A stretch of DNA of 64,000 bases from NCBI GenBank assembly GCA_039586795.1, contig JBDHJS010000011.1:1-64000 (forward strand). The letters are read 5' to 3'. Both the position numbers and the translations under genes were made by a program. Each line of letters opens with the position of its first letter. The stretch's first letter is position 1. Source of the stretch: Gemmatimonadota bacterium. GTDB lineage: Bacteria; Gemmatimonadota; Gemmatimonadetes; Palauibacterales; KS3-K002. The notes beneath the pieces are model-generated. The model did no database searches and was not told the DNA's origin. It worked only from the letters and a program-made list of their open reading frames with translations. This document shows positions 35,447 to 44,814 of the stretch, in pieces.

Positions 35447-35584
35447 TTAACTTACGCAACCTTTTCTTCTTTCTCTCTCTAACCCCGATGTACGATGAGA
35501 ATCGGACGTCGAACGTCGATCGCCGAATTGTCCTCGACCGTCGAGCGCCGGCTGTCGGCTGTCCGCTGTCGAAATGTCGCGCCG

Positions 35585-36316
35585 TCAGGCGCGTCCATAC
35601 ACAGAAACGTGAGATGTACTTTGGGGCGTAAACGGCTCCCGTCTCCAGCCCCCCCACCGTTCTTTCAGCTCGAGCCCTGCGAGTCGCGCCATCAGATCGA
35701 GCTCCGAAGGCCAGGCGTAGCGAATCTTCAGCGGGTAGAACTTGTTCCCCTTTTCCGTCAATACCATGTGCCGGCTGGTCACCGTCTGTTTCACCGGATC
35801 GTGTACCGATGCCTCGATCCGTACCGCATCCGGTTCGTGTGATTCCATCCCGACGCGTTGATGGCGATCGAAACGAGAGAGGTCAGGAACAAATGCGTCC
35901 AGTACGAAGACCCCGTCGGCGCTAAGGTGCTCGGCCACGTTTCGGAAGCAGCGCAGCTGATCTTCCTGTGTGATCAGCGCGAAGATGGTGTTGAACGGTA
36001 TGAAGATGACACGGTAACGACCGTCCACCGGTATGTCCGCGAAATCGCCCATAGTGACAGGGATCTGATCTCCGCCCGGCTTCTCTCGCAGCTTTGCGAC
36101 CATATTATCCGAGCCGTCGATTCCGTGGACCTCGACGCCGCGCTCCTGGAGTGGTAGCGCGATGCGGCCGGTGCCGATCCCGAGTTCAAGGGCAGGGCCC
36201 TTCCCTGCTTTTTCGGCGATGAACTCCACGACGGCTTCTTTCTCGAGGGCGGGGTACCAGCCGTCGTAGACTTCCGCTATATGGTCGCCGTAGGTGGCCG
36301 CATCATAGTTTTCCAC
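35585..36316 (-). CDS. Class I SAM-dependent methyltransferase
   Basis: ALELGIGTGRIA, GIDGS, MGDF, RYAWPSELDLMA. Confidence 0.92.
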   Translation of the reverse strand: MENYDAATYGDHIAEVYDGWYPALEKEAVVEFIAEKAGKGPALELGIGTGRIALPLQERGVEVHGIDGSDNMVAKLREKPGGDQIPVTMGDFADIPVDGRYRVIFIPFNTIFALITQEDQLRCFRNVAEHLSADGVFVLDAFVPDLSRFDRHQRVGMESHEPDAVRIEASVHDPVKQTVTSRHMVLTEKGNKFYPLKIRYAWPSELDLMARLAGLELKERWGGWRREPFTPQSTSHVSVYGRA

Positions 36317-36411
36317 GTTCCGTTCCCCCTTACCTGCCGAGAACGAGTACTCGGCTTGCCATGGCCCACATTCTGCACAGTTTCTCTGAACTTAGGCACG
36401 GAGGCAACCAC

Positions 36412-37470
36412 TTGGCCACAACTCTACAAGAGATCCTGGACGCGCGAACACGCCCCGGCGAGCTCTACCAGCTCCTCGACGGCGAGAACAATATCCGTTG
36501 CTTCGCCTGCGGCCTCCGCTGCCTCATCCGCGCCGGCCGCCGCGGCGTCTGCCGGGTCCGCTACAACGACGCCGGCACTCTGCAAGTGCCTTCCGATTAC
36601 GTCGTCGCACTACAGTGCGACCCTATCGAAAAGAAGCCGTTCTATCACGCGCTCCCCGGCTCCGGCGCCCTCTCCTTCGGCATGCTCGGCTGCGATCTCC
36701 ACTGCGACTACTGCCAGAACTGGATCACGTCGCAGGCGTTGCGAGACGATGCAGCAGGCGTCGGACCGCGTGACATCAACTCCGACGAAATCGTCGATTT
36801 AGCGGCGAAACGTGACGCGCGCTTCGTCGTCTCCACGTACAACGAGCCGCTCATCACCAGCGAATGGGCGGCGGAGATTTTCGATAAAGCGAAGGCAAAG
36901 GGTTTCCGCACGGCCTACGTCTCCAACGGCAACGCCACGCCCGAGGCCCTCGACTACCTGCGACCCCGACTCGACGCCTTCAAGATCGATCTCAAGACGA
37001 TGAGCGATCGCAAGTACCGAAAGCTGGGCGGCGTTCTCCAACACATCCTCGATACGGTTCGCGAGGCGCACGCTCGGGGCTTCTGGGTCGAGGTCGTCAC
37101 CCTAGTCGTCCCCGGCTTCAACGATTCCGAGGCCGAGCTCGCGGACGCGGCAGAATTCGTCGCCTCCGTCTCGACCGATATCCCATGGCACGTCATCGCC
37201 TTCCACAAGGACTACCGGATGCAGGACCCGGCGGACACGACGGCCCGCCAACTTGTCCGCGCCGCCGAGATCGGCGCCAAGGCCGGGCTCGACTTCGTCT
37301 ACGCCGGGAATCTCCCGGGCCAGGTCGGTCGCTGGGAACACACCCACTGTCCGCACTGTGACCGCCGGCTCATCGAGCGCCTCGGTCACTCGGTCAGGCA
37401 CGATGAGCTTAGTCCGAGAGACGGTAACTGTCCGGGATGCGGGGTCGGGATACCGGGGATCTGGTCGTAG
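36412..37470 (+). CDS. amrS: AmmeMemoRadiSam system radical SAM enzyme
   Basis: CFAC...C...GVCRVR, DPIEKKPFYH, CDLHCDYCQNW, TYNEP, YAGN, two C-terminal CP.C; TTG start at 36412 after GGAGG. Confidence 0.92.
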   Translation: MATTLQEILDARTRPGELYQLLDGENNIRCFACGLRCLIRAGRRGVCRVRYNDAGTLQVPSDYVVALQCDPIEKKPFYHALPGSGALSFGMLGCDLHCDYCQNWITSQALRDDAAGVGPRDINSDEIVDLAAKRDARFVVSTYNEPLITSEWAAEIFDKAKAKGFRTAYVSNGNATPEALDYLRPRLDAFKIDLKTMSDRKYRKLGGVLQHILDTVREAHARGFWVEVVTLVVPGFNDSEAELADAAEFVASVSTDIPWHVIAFHKDYRMQDPADTTARQLVRAAEIGAKAGLDFVYAGNLPGQVGRWEHTHCPHCDRRLIERLGHSVRHDELSPRDGNCPGCGVGIPGIWS

Positions 37471-37653
37471 CCGGGCCTGCTTTTTGCAATTTTTATATAT
37501 ATAGAGTCTTTAGCCCGCGATCGGCCGGGCGCTTGAGCGTTGACGCCCCCTGCTCTGGAGGGAAGCAGCGGGCGCGGCTCGCCGATCGCTGGAGAGTAGT
37601 GTACGCCCGTCAGATGTCCCGTTTTGTCACACGCTGTCCATGAGGAGGCGGAG

Positions 37654-38700
37654 ATGGCAGGCATAGTAGGATACGGGGCCTTCATGCCCCGAAAGCGTAT
37701 CAAGACAGAAGAGATTGCCCGGCAATGGGGCAAGAACCCGGAGTCGATTAAGAGAGGCTTGCTGCTTCAGGAAAAGACGGTCCCCGGCTTCGACGAGGAC
37801 ACGATCACGATCTCCGTGGCGGCGGGTCGTGCCGCTTTGGACCGAGCCGGAATCGATCCACAGAAGGTTGGCGCACTCTACATCGGTTCCGAATCGCATC
37901 CCTACGCGGTGAAGCCGAGCGGCACGGTAGTATCTGAGGCGCTGGGTATCGGGCCGGAAGTTCACATCGCCGACTTCGAGTTCGCGTGCAAGGCGGGCAC
38001 TGAAGCGATGTTCGTCGCGCTCAGCCTGGTCGAAGCGGGTCAGATGGAGTACGCGATGGGGATCGGCGCCGACACATCGCAAGGCGCGCCTGACGACGCG
38101 CTGGAGTTCTCGGCTTCGGCGGGCGGCGCGGCGTACATCTTCGGCAAAGACAATCTCATCGCCGAAGTGCTCCACACGTACAGCTATACGACCGACACGC
38201 CGGACTTCTGGCGGCGCGAGGGTGAGTTCTACCCTCGGCATGGCGGCCGCTTCACCGGCGAGCCAGCGTACTTCACGCACGTGATGGGCGCTACGAGCGG
38301 CATTCTCGAGAGGACGGGTTATAAGCCCGAGCAGTTCGCTTACGTCGTCTTCCACATGCCGAACGGCAAGTTCCCGCTGTCGGTGGGCAAGAAGCTGGGC
38401 TTCAAGCAAGAGCAGCTGGAGACCGGCTGGATCGTCAACATGATGGGCAACACGTACTCCGGCTCTTCGCCCACCGGCCTGGCCGCGATCCTTGATGTGG
38501 CAAAGCCCGACGATCTGATCCTGATCACATCGTTCGGCTCTGGCGCCGGCAGCGACTCCTTCATCTTGAAGGCCACCGATCACCTGCCGAAGGTTCAGGG
38601 CCTCGCGCCAACCGTTCGCTCGATGCTCGATGGGCCACGCCAGTACGTGACCTACGGCGAGTACGCGAAGCTGCGCGAGAAGATCATCGTCAACGACTAG
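37654..38700 (+). CDS. Archaeal-type hydroxymethylglutaryl-CoA synthase
   Basis: GIVGYGA, DEDTIT, GSESHPYAVKP, EFACKAGT (catalytic Cys), TDTPDFWRR, FHMPNGKFP, GNTYSG, SFGSGAGSD. Confidence 0.93.
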   Translation: MAGIVGYGAFMPRKRIKTEEIARQWGKNPESIKRGLLLQEKTVPGFDEDTITISVAAGRAALDRAGIDPQKVGALYIGSESHPYAVKPSGTVVSEALGIGPEVHIADFEFACKAGTEAMFVALSLVEAGQMEYAMGIGADTSQGAPDDALEFSASAGGAAYIFGKDNLIAEVLHTYSYTTDTPDFWRREGEFYPRHGGRFTGEPAYFTHVMGATSGILERTGYKPEQFAYVVFHMPNGKFPLSVGKKLGFKQEQLETGWIVNMMGNTYSGSSPTGLAAILDVAKPDDLILITSFGSGAGSDSFILKATDHLPKVQGLAPTVRSMLDGPRQYVTYGEYAKLREKIIVND

Positions 38701-38737
38701 AACGCCCGGTAAGACGGCGTAGCCATAGGAGGCAAAT

Positions 38738-39886
38738 ATGCGTGAGGTTGCGATCGTTGGAGCCGGGATGACCCGGTTCGGTGAACTCTGGAAACAGAGC
38801 TTACGTGATATGTTCGCCGAGGCGGCGAACGCCGCGCTCAGCGATGCCGGCGCCGATCACATCGATTCGCTCTACGTGGGATGCATGTCCGGCGGTCAGT
38901 TCGTGGGCCAGGAGCACCTGGGCCCGCTGATGGCCGACCAGATGGGAATGACCGGTATCCCGGCTGTGCACGTCGAGTCCGCCTGCGCGTCCGGCGGGAT
39001 CGCGCTGCGCTCGGCGTTCATGGAAGTAGCGTCGGGGATGAGCGATCTGGTGCTGGCGACAGGCATCGAGAAGATGAACGACGGCGCCGACGTGACGAAC
39101 GTGCTGGCTACGGCGGCGGACCAGGAGCTCGAGGTTTATCACGGCGTGACCTTCCCCGGTCTCTACGCCATGATCGCCCGGGCCCACATGACGAAGTACG
39201 GCACGACCGAAGAAGACCTGGCCTGGGTGTCGGTGAAGAACCATAAGCACGGCGCCATGAATGATAAGGCCCAGTTCCCCCTCGAGGTCACGGTCGAGCA
39301 GGTCCTGGCTTCCGCGATGGTGGCCGAGCCGCTTCGGATGCTCCACTGCTCTCCAGTGACCGACGGTGCGGCCGCCGTGCTGCTCTGCCCGCTCGACATG
39401 GCCAAAGAGTTCACCGACAACCCCGTGAAGATCATCGGCAGTGGCCTATCGACCGGTTCGCTGGCCCTGGCGGATCGTGCAGATCCCGCCTTCCTCGACT
39501 CGGTACAAAGTTCGGGCGAACAGGCCTTCAAGATGGCGGGCGTCGGACCGCGTGACGTGCACGTGGCCGAGGTTCACGACTGCTTCTCCATCGCCGAGAT
39601 CTGCTGTATCGAGGCGCTGGGTTTCGTCGACCAGGGCAAGGGTAACAAGGCCGCGCAGGAAGGTTTCACGGCCATCGGCGGCTGCATCCCGGTGAACACC
39701 AGCGGCGGCCTCAAGAGCAAAGGCCACCCGGTGGGCGCCACCGGCATCGCCCAGGCGATCGAAGTCTTCCGCCAGCTGCGCGGCGAAGCCGGCAAGCGCC
39801 AGGTCGAGAACGCCCACATCGGGCTCACTCAGAACATGGGTGGATCGGGCGCCAGCTCCGTCGTCCATATCTTCCAGGGGGTCTGA
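38738..39886 (+). CDS. Archaeal/SCP2-type acetyl-CoA acetyltransferase (thiolase)
   Basis: [44 protein letters not shown]. Confidence 0.93.
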   Translation: MREVAIVGAGMTRFGELWKQSLRDMFAEAANAALSDAGADHIDSLYVGCMSGGQFVGQEHLGPLMADQMGMTGIPAVHVESACASGGIALRSAFMEVASGMSDLVLATGIEKMNDGADVTNVLATAADQELEVYHGVTFPGLYAMIARAHMTKYGTTEEDLAWVSVKNHKHGAMNDKAQFPLEVTVEQVLASAMVAEPLRMLHCSPVTDGAAAVLLCPLDMAKEFTDNPVKIIGSGLSTGSLALADRADPAFLDSVQSSGEQAFKMAGVGPRDVHVAEVHDCFSIAEICCIEALGFVDQGKGNKAAQEGFTAIGGCIPVNTSGGLKSKGHPVGATGIAQAIEVFRQLRGEAGKRQVENAHIGLTQNMGGSGASSVVHIFQGV

Positions 39887-39888
39887 TC

Positions 39889-40290
39889 ATGCCGAGTCCT
39901 AGGTACTGGAGAGAGATACCCAACCGCTATCGCCTGGAGGCGGCGAAGTGCACGGGCTGCGGCAAGGTCGTCTTCCCGGCACGCCGCATCTGCCCCGCCT
40001 GTCGTGGCGAAGCGTTCGAGACGATCAACCTGACCCGCAAGGGCAAGGTCATCACGTCGACGGTGATCCACGTGCCGCCTGACGACTTCCTGATGGAAGC
40101 GCCGTACGCCATGGCGGTCATCGAGACCCCGGAGGGAGCGCGGTTGATGGCGCAGGTCGTTGACTGCGAACCGTCGTCGGTGATGCCAGGGATGGAGGTC
40201 GACCTGGAGTTTCGGCTCATCAGGAAGGAAGGAAACAGCGGGATCCTTTGCTACGGGCACAAAGGCGTGCCCGCCGCAAACGGAAGTTAG
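39889..40290 (+). CDS. DUF35 Zn-ribbon/OB-fold scaffold protein
   Basis: PRYWRE...RYRL, CTGCG...FP.R..CPAC, G.I.YG.K. Confidence 0.93.
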   Translation: MPSPRYWREIPNRYRLEAAKCTGCGKVVFPARRICPACRGEAFETINLTRKGKVITSTVIHVPPDDFLMEAPYAMAVIETPEGARLMAQVVDCEPSSVMPGMEVDLEFRLIRKEGNSGILCYGHKGVPAANGS

Positions 40291-40313
40291 CAGGTCAAAC
40301 GGGAGACCGAACG

Positions 40314-40499
40314 ATGCACAAGATCCAGGTGTGGGCTGAGCTCAAAGACGAGCACTTCCACGCGTACGAGTTGGAGGCGAAGCGCCGCGGCGTGACCGTG
40401 GAGGAGCTCGTTCAGCACACGGTCAACTGCCTGCTGCGTGAACTCGAGGCGGAAGAAGAGGAAGGTGGCGGGCCCGATCACCTGATCAGCGCCAGCTGA
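40314..40499 (+). CDS. Small hypothetical protein, possibly ribbon-helix-helix
   Basis: GGAG RBS; MHKIQVWAELKDEHFHAYELEAKRRGVTVEELV. Confidence 0.6.
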   Translation: MHKIQVWAELKDEHFHAYELEAKRRGVTVEELVQHTVNCLLRELEAEEEEGGGPDHLISAS

Positions 40500-40531
40500 G
40501 TTGTCCGGCTAGCCAGCCTTCAAGACGCGGA

Positions 40532-40573
40532 AACGGCCAGTGCCCCGGGGATCGAACCGGGGCACTGGCCGTT
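40532..40573. terminator. Strong hairpin between convergent genes
   Basis: AACGGCCAGTGCCCCGG-N8-CCGGGGCACTGGCCGTT, perfect 17-bp stem. Confidence 0.75.
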
Positions 40574-40622
40574 CCACATCGATGCCAGGCCCGTCCTCAA
40601 ACGGTGGGCCGTTGGCATGAGG

Positions 40623-41921
40623 CTAGGTCGAGAAGTCCCACTGAATTCTAAACCGCCACTGGTTTTGGTCTTGTAGGCCCGGGAAATCGAACTTGAAGTA
40701 CGTGATGTCCGTCGTCAGCTTGTTCGAGTGCCCGTTGAAGAACCAGTTGAACGCCAGCGAGAACTCCCGCAGCAGATCGTCCCCAAGATCGATGTCAGGG
40801 TTATAGAACGCGGCCTGGCCGGCGATCTCCAGTGGTTGGGGAAACGACTCAAACAGATAGTGGAAGAAGTAGCCCGCCTGGAAGTACAACCCAATCAACG
40901 TCCGCTCCGTGTTGTTGATCGTGTCATCGACGTTCTTCCAGTGAAACTCCTGCTGCCAGGCAAAGCCCTTGTACTTGAAGGCCGTCTCCTGGTACAGCTG
41001 GTTCACCCGGTACTGGCCGGGTTCACCGTCGTCGAAGCCGACCAGCTGACCGCCCCCTGAGGTCGAGAACCGTGTATACGGGCTCTGGTTTGTGACGGCG
41101 GCAAACGCCAGCACGCCCGCCGGCTGCTCGTGGTATTCCACGTCGGAACCCGTGAACGGGACCTGGCGGCCGAAGAAGTTCCACTGTCCGCGGAACATGT
41201 ACATCAGGTTCTCGTCGTCGTTCTCTCTGGCGCCGCGGCCCGTGCCGGTGAATACCGACACCCAGTAGTTGAAGTTGGCGGCGCCCCCGCCGTCCAAATT
41301 TCCGTAGAGCGACACGCCCTGCTGGCGGTCGATGGTGAACGCTCGGTTGACGATCGAGCGCTCCATCATCTGCTGCCGGCCCGACGAGATGATGCGCTCA
41401 CGGCTGTACTGGGCCTTCCACTGCCCGACCTTGAACCGCAGCTGTCGCCACTTTTCCAACATCAGGCGGAAGTCCAGCAGCACCGAATTCCCGACCTCGT
41501 ACTCCATGTAGTACTTCATCCAGGGCCGATAGGCGTTGCCCCCAATCTTGAGGCGGGAGCGATTCACCTTGAACAGGTGCTGATCCGGCGAAGTGAAGTC
41601 GTCGAAGGTGATCGGATCGGAGTCTCGTGGATAGGCGTAACGAAACTGCAGGCGGAGTTGGAGCTGCAACAGCCAGTTGCCATCCGGGCTCCCGAACTCG
41701 AATCCCTTGGATCCGTGACCAATGCGAAAAGCCGGCGCGCTCTGCTGGGCCGTGTCCGGAGTTTCGGAAACGGCCTCAACGGTATCCGCCCCAGCGGGGC
41801 CCTTTTCGGACTCCTGAGCAAGAGCCGGAGCCACACGGGTCACTGTGCCGAGCAGAATGACGAACAGCGCCAGTCCAATGTGCGGAAATGCTGACCGTAC
41901 TTCACGACGGGTCGCTTTCAA
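40623..41921 (-). CDS. Phosphate-selective porin (OprO/OprP family)
   Basis: Signal peptide, RLQFRY, RSRLK, GQWK..YSRE...SSG.QQ..ERS, DRQQG, aromatic C-terminal strand RIQWDF. Confidence 0.8.
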   Translation of the reverse strand: MKATRREVRSAFPHIGLALFVILLGTVTRVAPALAQESEKGPAGADTVEAVSETPDTAQQSAPAFRIGHGSKGFEFGSPDGNWLLQLQLRLQFRYAYPRDSDPITFDDFTSPDQHLFKVNRSRLKIGGNAYRPWMKYYMEYEVGNSVLLDFRLMLEKWRQLRFKVGQWKAQYSRERIISSGRQQMMERSIVNRAFTIDRQQGVSLYGNLDGGGAANFNYWVSVFTGTGRGARENDDENLMYMFRGQWNFFGRQVPFTGSDVEYHEQPAGVLAFAAVTNQSPYTRFSTSGGGQLVGFDDGEPGQYRVNQLYQETAFKYKGFAWQQEFHWKNVDDTINNTERTLIGLYFQAGYFFHYLFESFPQPLEIAGQAAFYNPDIDLGDDLLREFSLAFNWFFNGHSNKLTTDITYFKFDFPGLQDQNQWRFRIQWDFST

Positions 41922-42121
41922 TGGATATCCCTCCTGGGTTTAGCGAGCTATGCCGGATCGCGAGGAGGCTCTCTGCCTCCCCGCTGATCCACCGTCGCTA
42001 GGTAGATATCACGCGACCATAACGGGCCCGCAACGACTGTGTAACAGCTATGTATCGAAGCACAGTCCCGTATCGCGAAGGACCTCCCTACCAGAGCAAG
42101 GCTGAGACGGAAAGACCAGGT

Positions 42122-42784
42122 TCACATGCCGGCCAATCGGATGATGAACCCGACGCTGAACACCAGATCGTTCTGCACTTTCGAGCAGGGACTGAACGTG
42201 CCTACTTCCGGATCGTCCTCCAGTTTTGGTTCGAATCGGTAGAAATAGTCCTCGGCGTCGATGCGGATCGCGAACCTCGGCGATAGATCTATCGCGCCGC
42301 CCAGGTTCACGACACCGCCCAGGTCGGTCGTGGCGTCCGCTGCCTCCCAGAAATCTCCCACGTGACCCGACACTGCAAAGCCGAGGCCCGCAAAAACGTA
42401 CCAACCTCGGTACGTCCCGGGCGCGTACCTGAACATCAACTTCGAGCTGGCAAACCAGACGTTGGCGGCACAATTGGTGCCCTGTGCGCACGCATCCGTA
42501 CCGTCCGCCGCTTTCAGCTGTGCATCGCTAATGCTGTAAGCGAAGTTGCCTTCCCAACCGACGATGCGCCCCCACCAGCCGATCAGGCGCGCGCCGAATG
42601 TCGCGCCGGCGTTCTGCTTGATCTCGTAGTCGGTCCCGCTGATCGTCGCGGTGCCCAACTCTCGAGTCGGCACGAAGACTCCGCCGTACGGAATCCACTC
42701 GAACGTCGCCCCTTGTGCTGCTGCGCCGCTGGCACAGACCAGCATAAGGAACGTGGCCGCTACACAACTTCGCCTGACATTCAC
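42122..42784 (-). CDS. Small outer-membrane beta-barrel protein
   Basis: Signal peptide AAAQ, amphipathic Gly/aromatic strands, RIDAEDY, terminal FSVGFIIR. Confidence 0.75.
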   Translation of the reverse strand: MNVRRSCVAATFLMLVCASGAAAQGATFEWIPYGGVFVPTRELGTATISGTDYEIKQNAGATFGARLIGWWGRIVGWEGNFAYSISDAQLKAADGTDACAQGTNCAANVWFASSKLMFRYAPGTYRGWYVFAGLGFAVSGHVGDFWEAADATTDLGGVVNLGGAIDLSPRFAIRIDAEDYFYRFEPKLEDDPEVGTFSPCSKVQNDLVFSVGFIIRLAGM

Positions 42785-42803
42785 AAAGCTCTCCCGATTT
42801 CGA

Positions 42804-44735
42804 TCACCGCCCAGGAGTGTACCAAATCGGACTTGTGTATGCCCGCTCCTGCGTGATCATCGGCACCTCTGACGGCAGCGTAATGCCGAAGCGCTTGGCC
42901 TCGTACGCCGTCCAGCGCGGCGTCGGGATCTCAAGCACTCGGGCGTAGTAGACAGCCGGCACGTCAGGATCGAAATCGGGATCGGTCCACACCTTGATCA
43001 ACTCCGGGGCACCGATCGTGTTGGTCCAGGTGGCGTTGGCGACGTCCACCGTATTGCCCACCGGCGGCAACTTGCCATCCGCACCGATCGTGCGATCGCC
43101 AGACCACTCCACATCGTAGACCCGCTCGTTGCGGTTTCCGTCGTCGTCCAGCCAGCCCTTCACGATCTGGATACGATCGAGGTTGCCGGAGAGCGGGTCC
43201 TTGAGCGCCGCTACGAGGAAGGTAGGTGCCCCACCATTCGGCGCCGGCGGCAGGTCGGCGCCCATGGGGACGCCCTTCATGTAGCCGGCGTTGGCCGGCA
43301 AGCGGCTCTGCGCGTCCTCTTCGGTGAACTCCCAGCCGCCGAAGAAGCGCACGAGCATCCGCGGCCCAGTGGTCGCGTAGGTCTCCTTGCGCATCATCGC
43401 GTCGAAGATCGCTTCGCGCGTGTTCTCCGTCGCCCAGACGGCGGCGTAGCCCGAACTGACCATGTCCCAGCTCTCGTACTTCTTGTCGCCAAGCTGGGCC
43501 ATCGGGTGCTGGTAGCGAACAGGACTCGGTTCCGTGCCCGAGTGCTTGCCGAAGAAGTTCTCTTCCTCGGCGGTGGCGAGCCCCGTATGGCTGTCGGTAG
43601 AGCCGATCATGCCGAACTTGTACGGGTTCACGCCAAGCTCCTGCTCCAGCTGCAAACCGATCTGGAGGCCGCTACGCGCGTACTCGTACTGCAGCATGTC
43701 GTTCTCTTTCGCCACGCTGAGGTCGAGGTTGCCCTGGTCCCAGGTCTCGTAGTCGGCGAACTCGTCATTCGGCGAGAGGAACGGATGCGCCTCGCCGTCA
43801 CCCTTGATCTGGGTCACCTCGTAGAGCGGCTCCCACTTCGCACGGGTCTCGGCATAGGCGCGGTCGAACGACCGACCGGTGAACGGGTCGAGGATCGGGA
43901 ACATGATGCCGTTGCTCAGGTTGCCGTTGTGGGCAATCGCGAGGACCTGGCCGCCGGTCTTGTCCTCGTACGCACTCAGCCAGTTCCAAAGGTCACGCGG
44001 GTTGTCGCTGCCCAGCGGCGCCAGGGTTGTGTAGGGCTCCACGACACCGGCTTTGTCGCCATCGTCGCGGAAGATCACGACGCGATGCAGGTTGTTGCCC
44101 GCGGTATTGGACGTCCACTCGTAGCCGATGAACGCCGTAAACTCACCGGGATCGTTGTACTCCTCGGCCGCGTCTATCGTCTCATCCCACGCATCACGAT
44201 AGGCCTTGCTGCCCGGTAACGAAGCCAGCGCTTCGGGGAACTCGTTGTTCGAAAACGCCGTGATGACCTCGACGGCGACCTGTACACCCTGTTGCCCACC
44301 TTCCTGAATCATCCCGTACCACCGCTTGCCGGTGGGGTCGGCCAGGAACTCCGGATCGCCGGCAAACAGCCGCGGGAAGAACCCCATGTTGTCCGAATGA
44401 TCCGCGACGACGAGGAAGTCGAGCGGCCTGGAGAGCTTCACCTGTAGACCCGTCGATGAAGTGAGTTCCTCACCTCGGGCAAAGCGGTAGGCATCTACCG
44501 GAGTGAGCCGCGCGCCGAACGCGCCTGCATCCATCGACATCCCCGTATGCAAATGCGTATCGCCCCAGAAGACCTCGGTCGGGAAGTTTCGCCCCGCATA
44601 CGGCGAGTAGTGCTTCTGCGCCTTGAACGCGCCCTCCAGCGACTCGGGCGGGGGCACCGGGTCCTGAGCCAGCGCGGGTGCACTAAGTAAGGCTCCCGCC
44701 AGCGCCAGAAAGATCAAGCATCTCGTGCTCTTCAT
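42804..44735 (-). CDS. DUF3604 (PHP-like) secreted metallohydrolase, copy 2
   Basis: FWGDTHLHT..SMDA, VADH, GYEWTS, NLHR, AHNGNLSNG, QIKGDGE.HP, GSTDSH, QERAYTSPIWYTP. Confidence 0.9.
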   Translation of the reverse strand: MKSTRCLIFLALAGALLSAPALAQDPVPPPESLEGAFKAQKHYSPYAGRNFPTEVFWGDTHLHTGMSMDAGAFGARLTPVDAYRFARGEELTSSTGLQVKLSRPLDFLVVADHSDNMGFFPRLFAGDPEFLADPTGKRWYGMIQEGGQQGVQVAVEVITAFSNNEFPEALASLPGSKAYRDAWDETIDAAEEYNDPGEFTAFIGYEWTSNTAGNNLHRVVIFRDDGDKAGVVEPYTTLAPLGSDNPRDLWNWLSAYEDKTGGQVLAIAHNGNLSNGIMFPILDPFTGRSFDRAYAETRAKWEPLYEVTQIKGDGEAHPFLSPNDEFADYETWDQGNLDLSVAKENDMLQYEYARSGLQIGLQLEQELGVNPYKFGMIGSTDSHTGLATAEEENFFGKHSGTEPSPVRYQHPMAQLGDKKYESWDMVSSGYAAVWATENTREAIFDAMMRKETYATTGPRMLVRFFGGWEFTEEDAQSRLPANAGYMKGVPMGADLPPAPNGGAPTFLVAALKDPLSGNLDRIQIVKGWLDDDGNRNERVYDVEWSGDRTIGADGKLPPVGNTVDVANATWTNTIGAPELIKVWTDPDFDPDVPAVYYARVLEIPTPRWTAYEAKRFGITLPSEVPMITQERAYTSPIWYTPGR

Positions 44736-44814
44736 TATCATACCATCCCTGGTTGAGGCTATCGCTATCTCACCAACCACCCATTTACAGCTTACCGCTT
44801 ACCGTCTACCGAAC

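Noticed and set aside
37654..40290. PhlABC (2,4-diacetylphloroglucinol acetyltransferase) cluster
   Set aside because: The HMGS keeps its catalytic Cys/Glu/His motifs and no phlD type III PKS is present
40532..40573. tRNA fragment or MITE (loop contains GATCGAA)
   Set aside because: Simple perfect hairpin with no cloverleaf, second copy or target duplication; better read as a terminator
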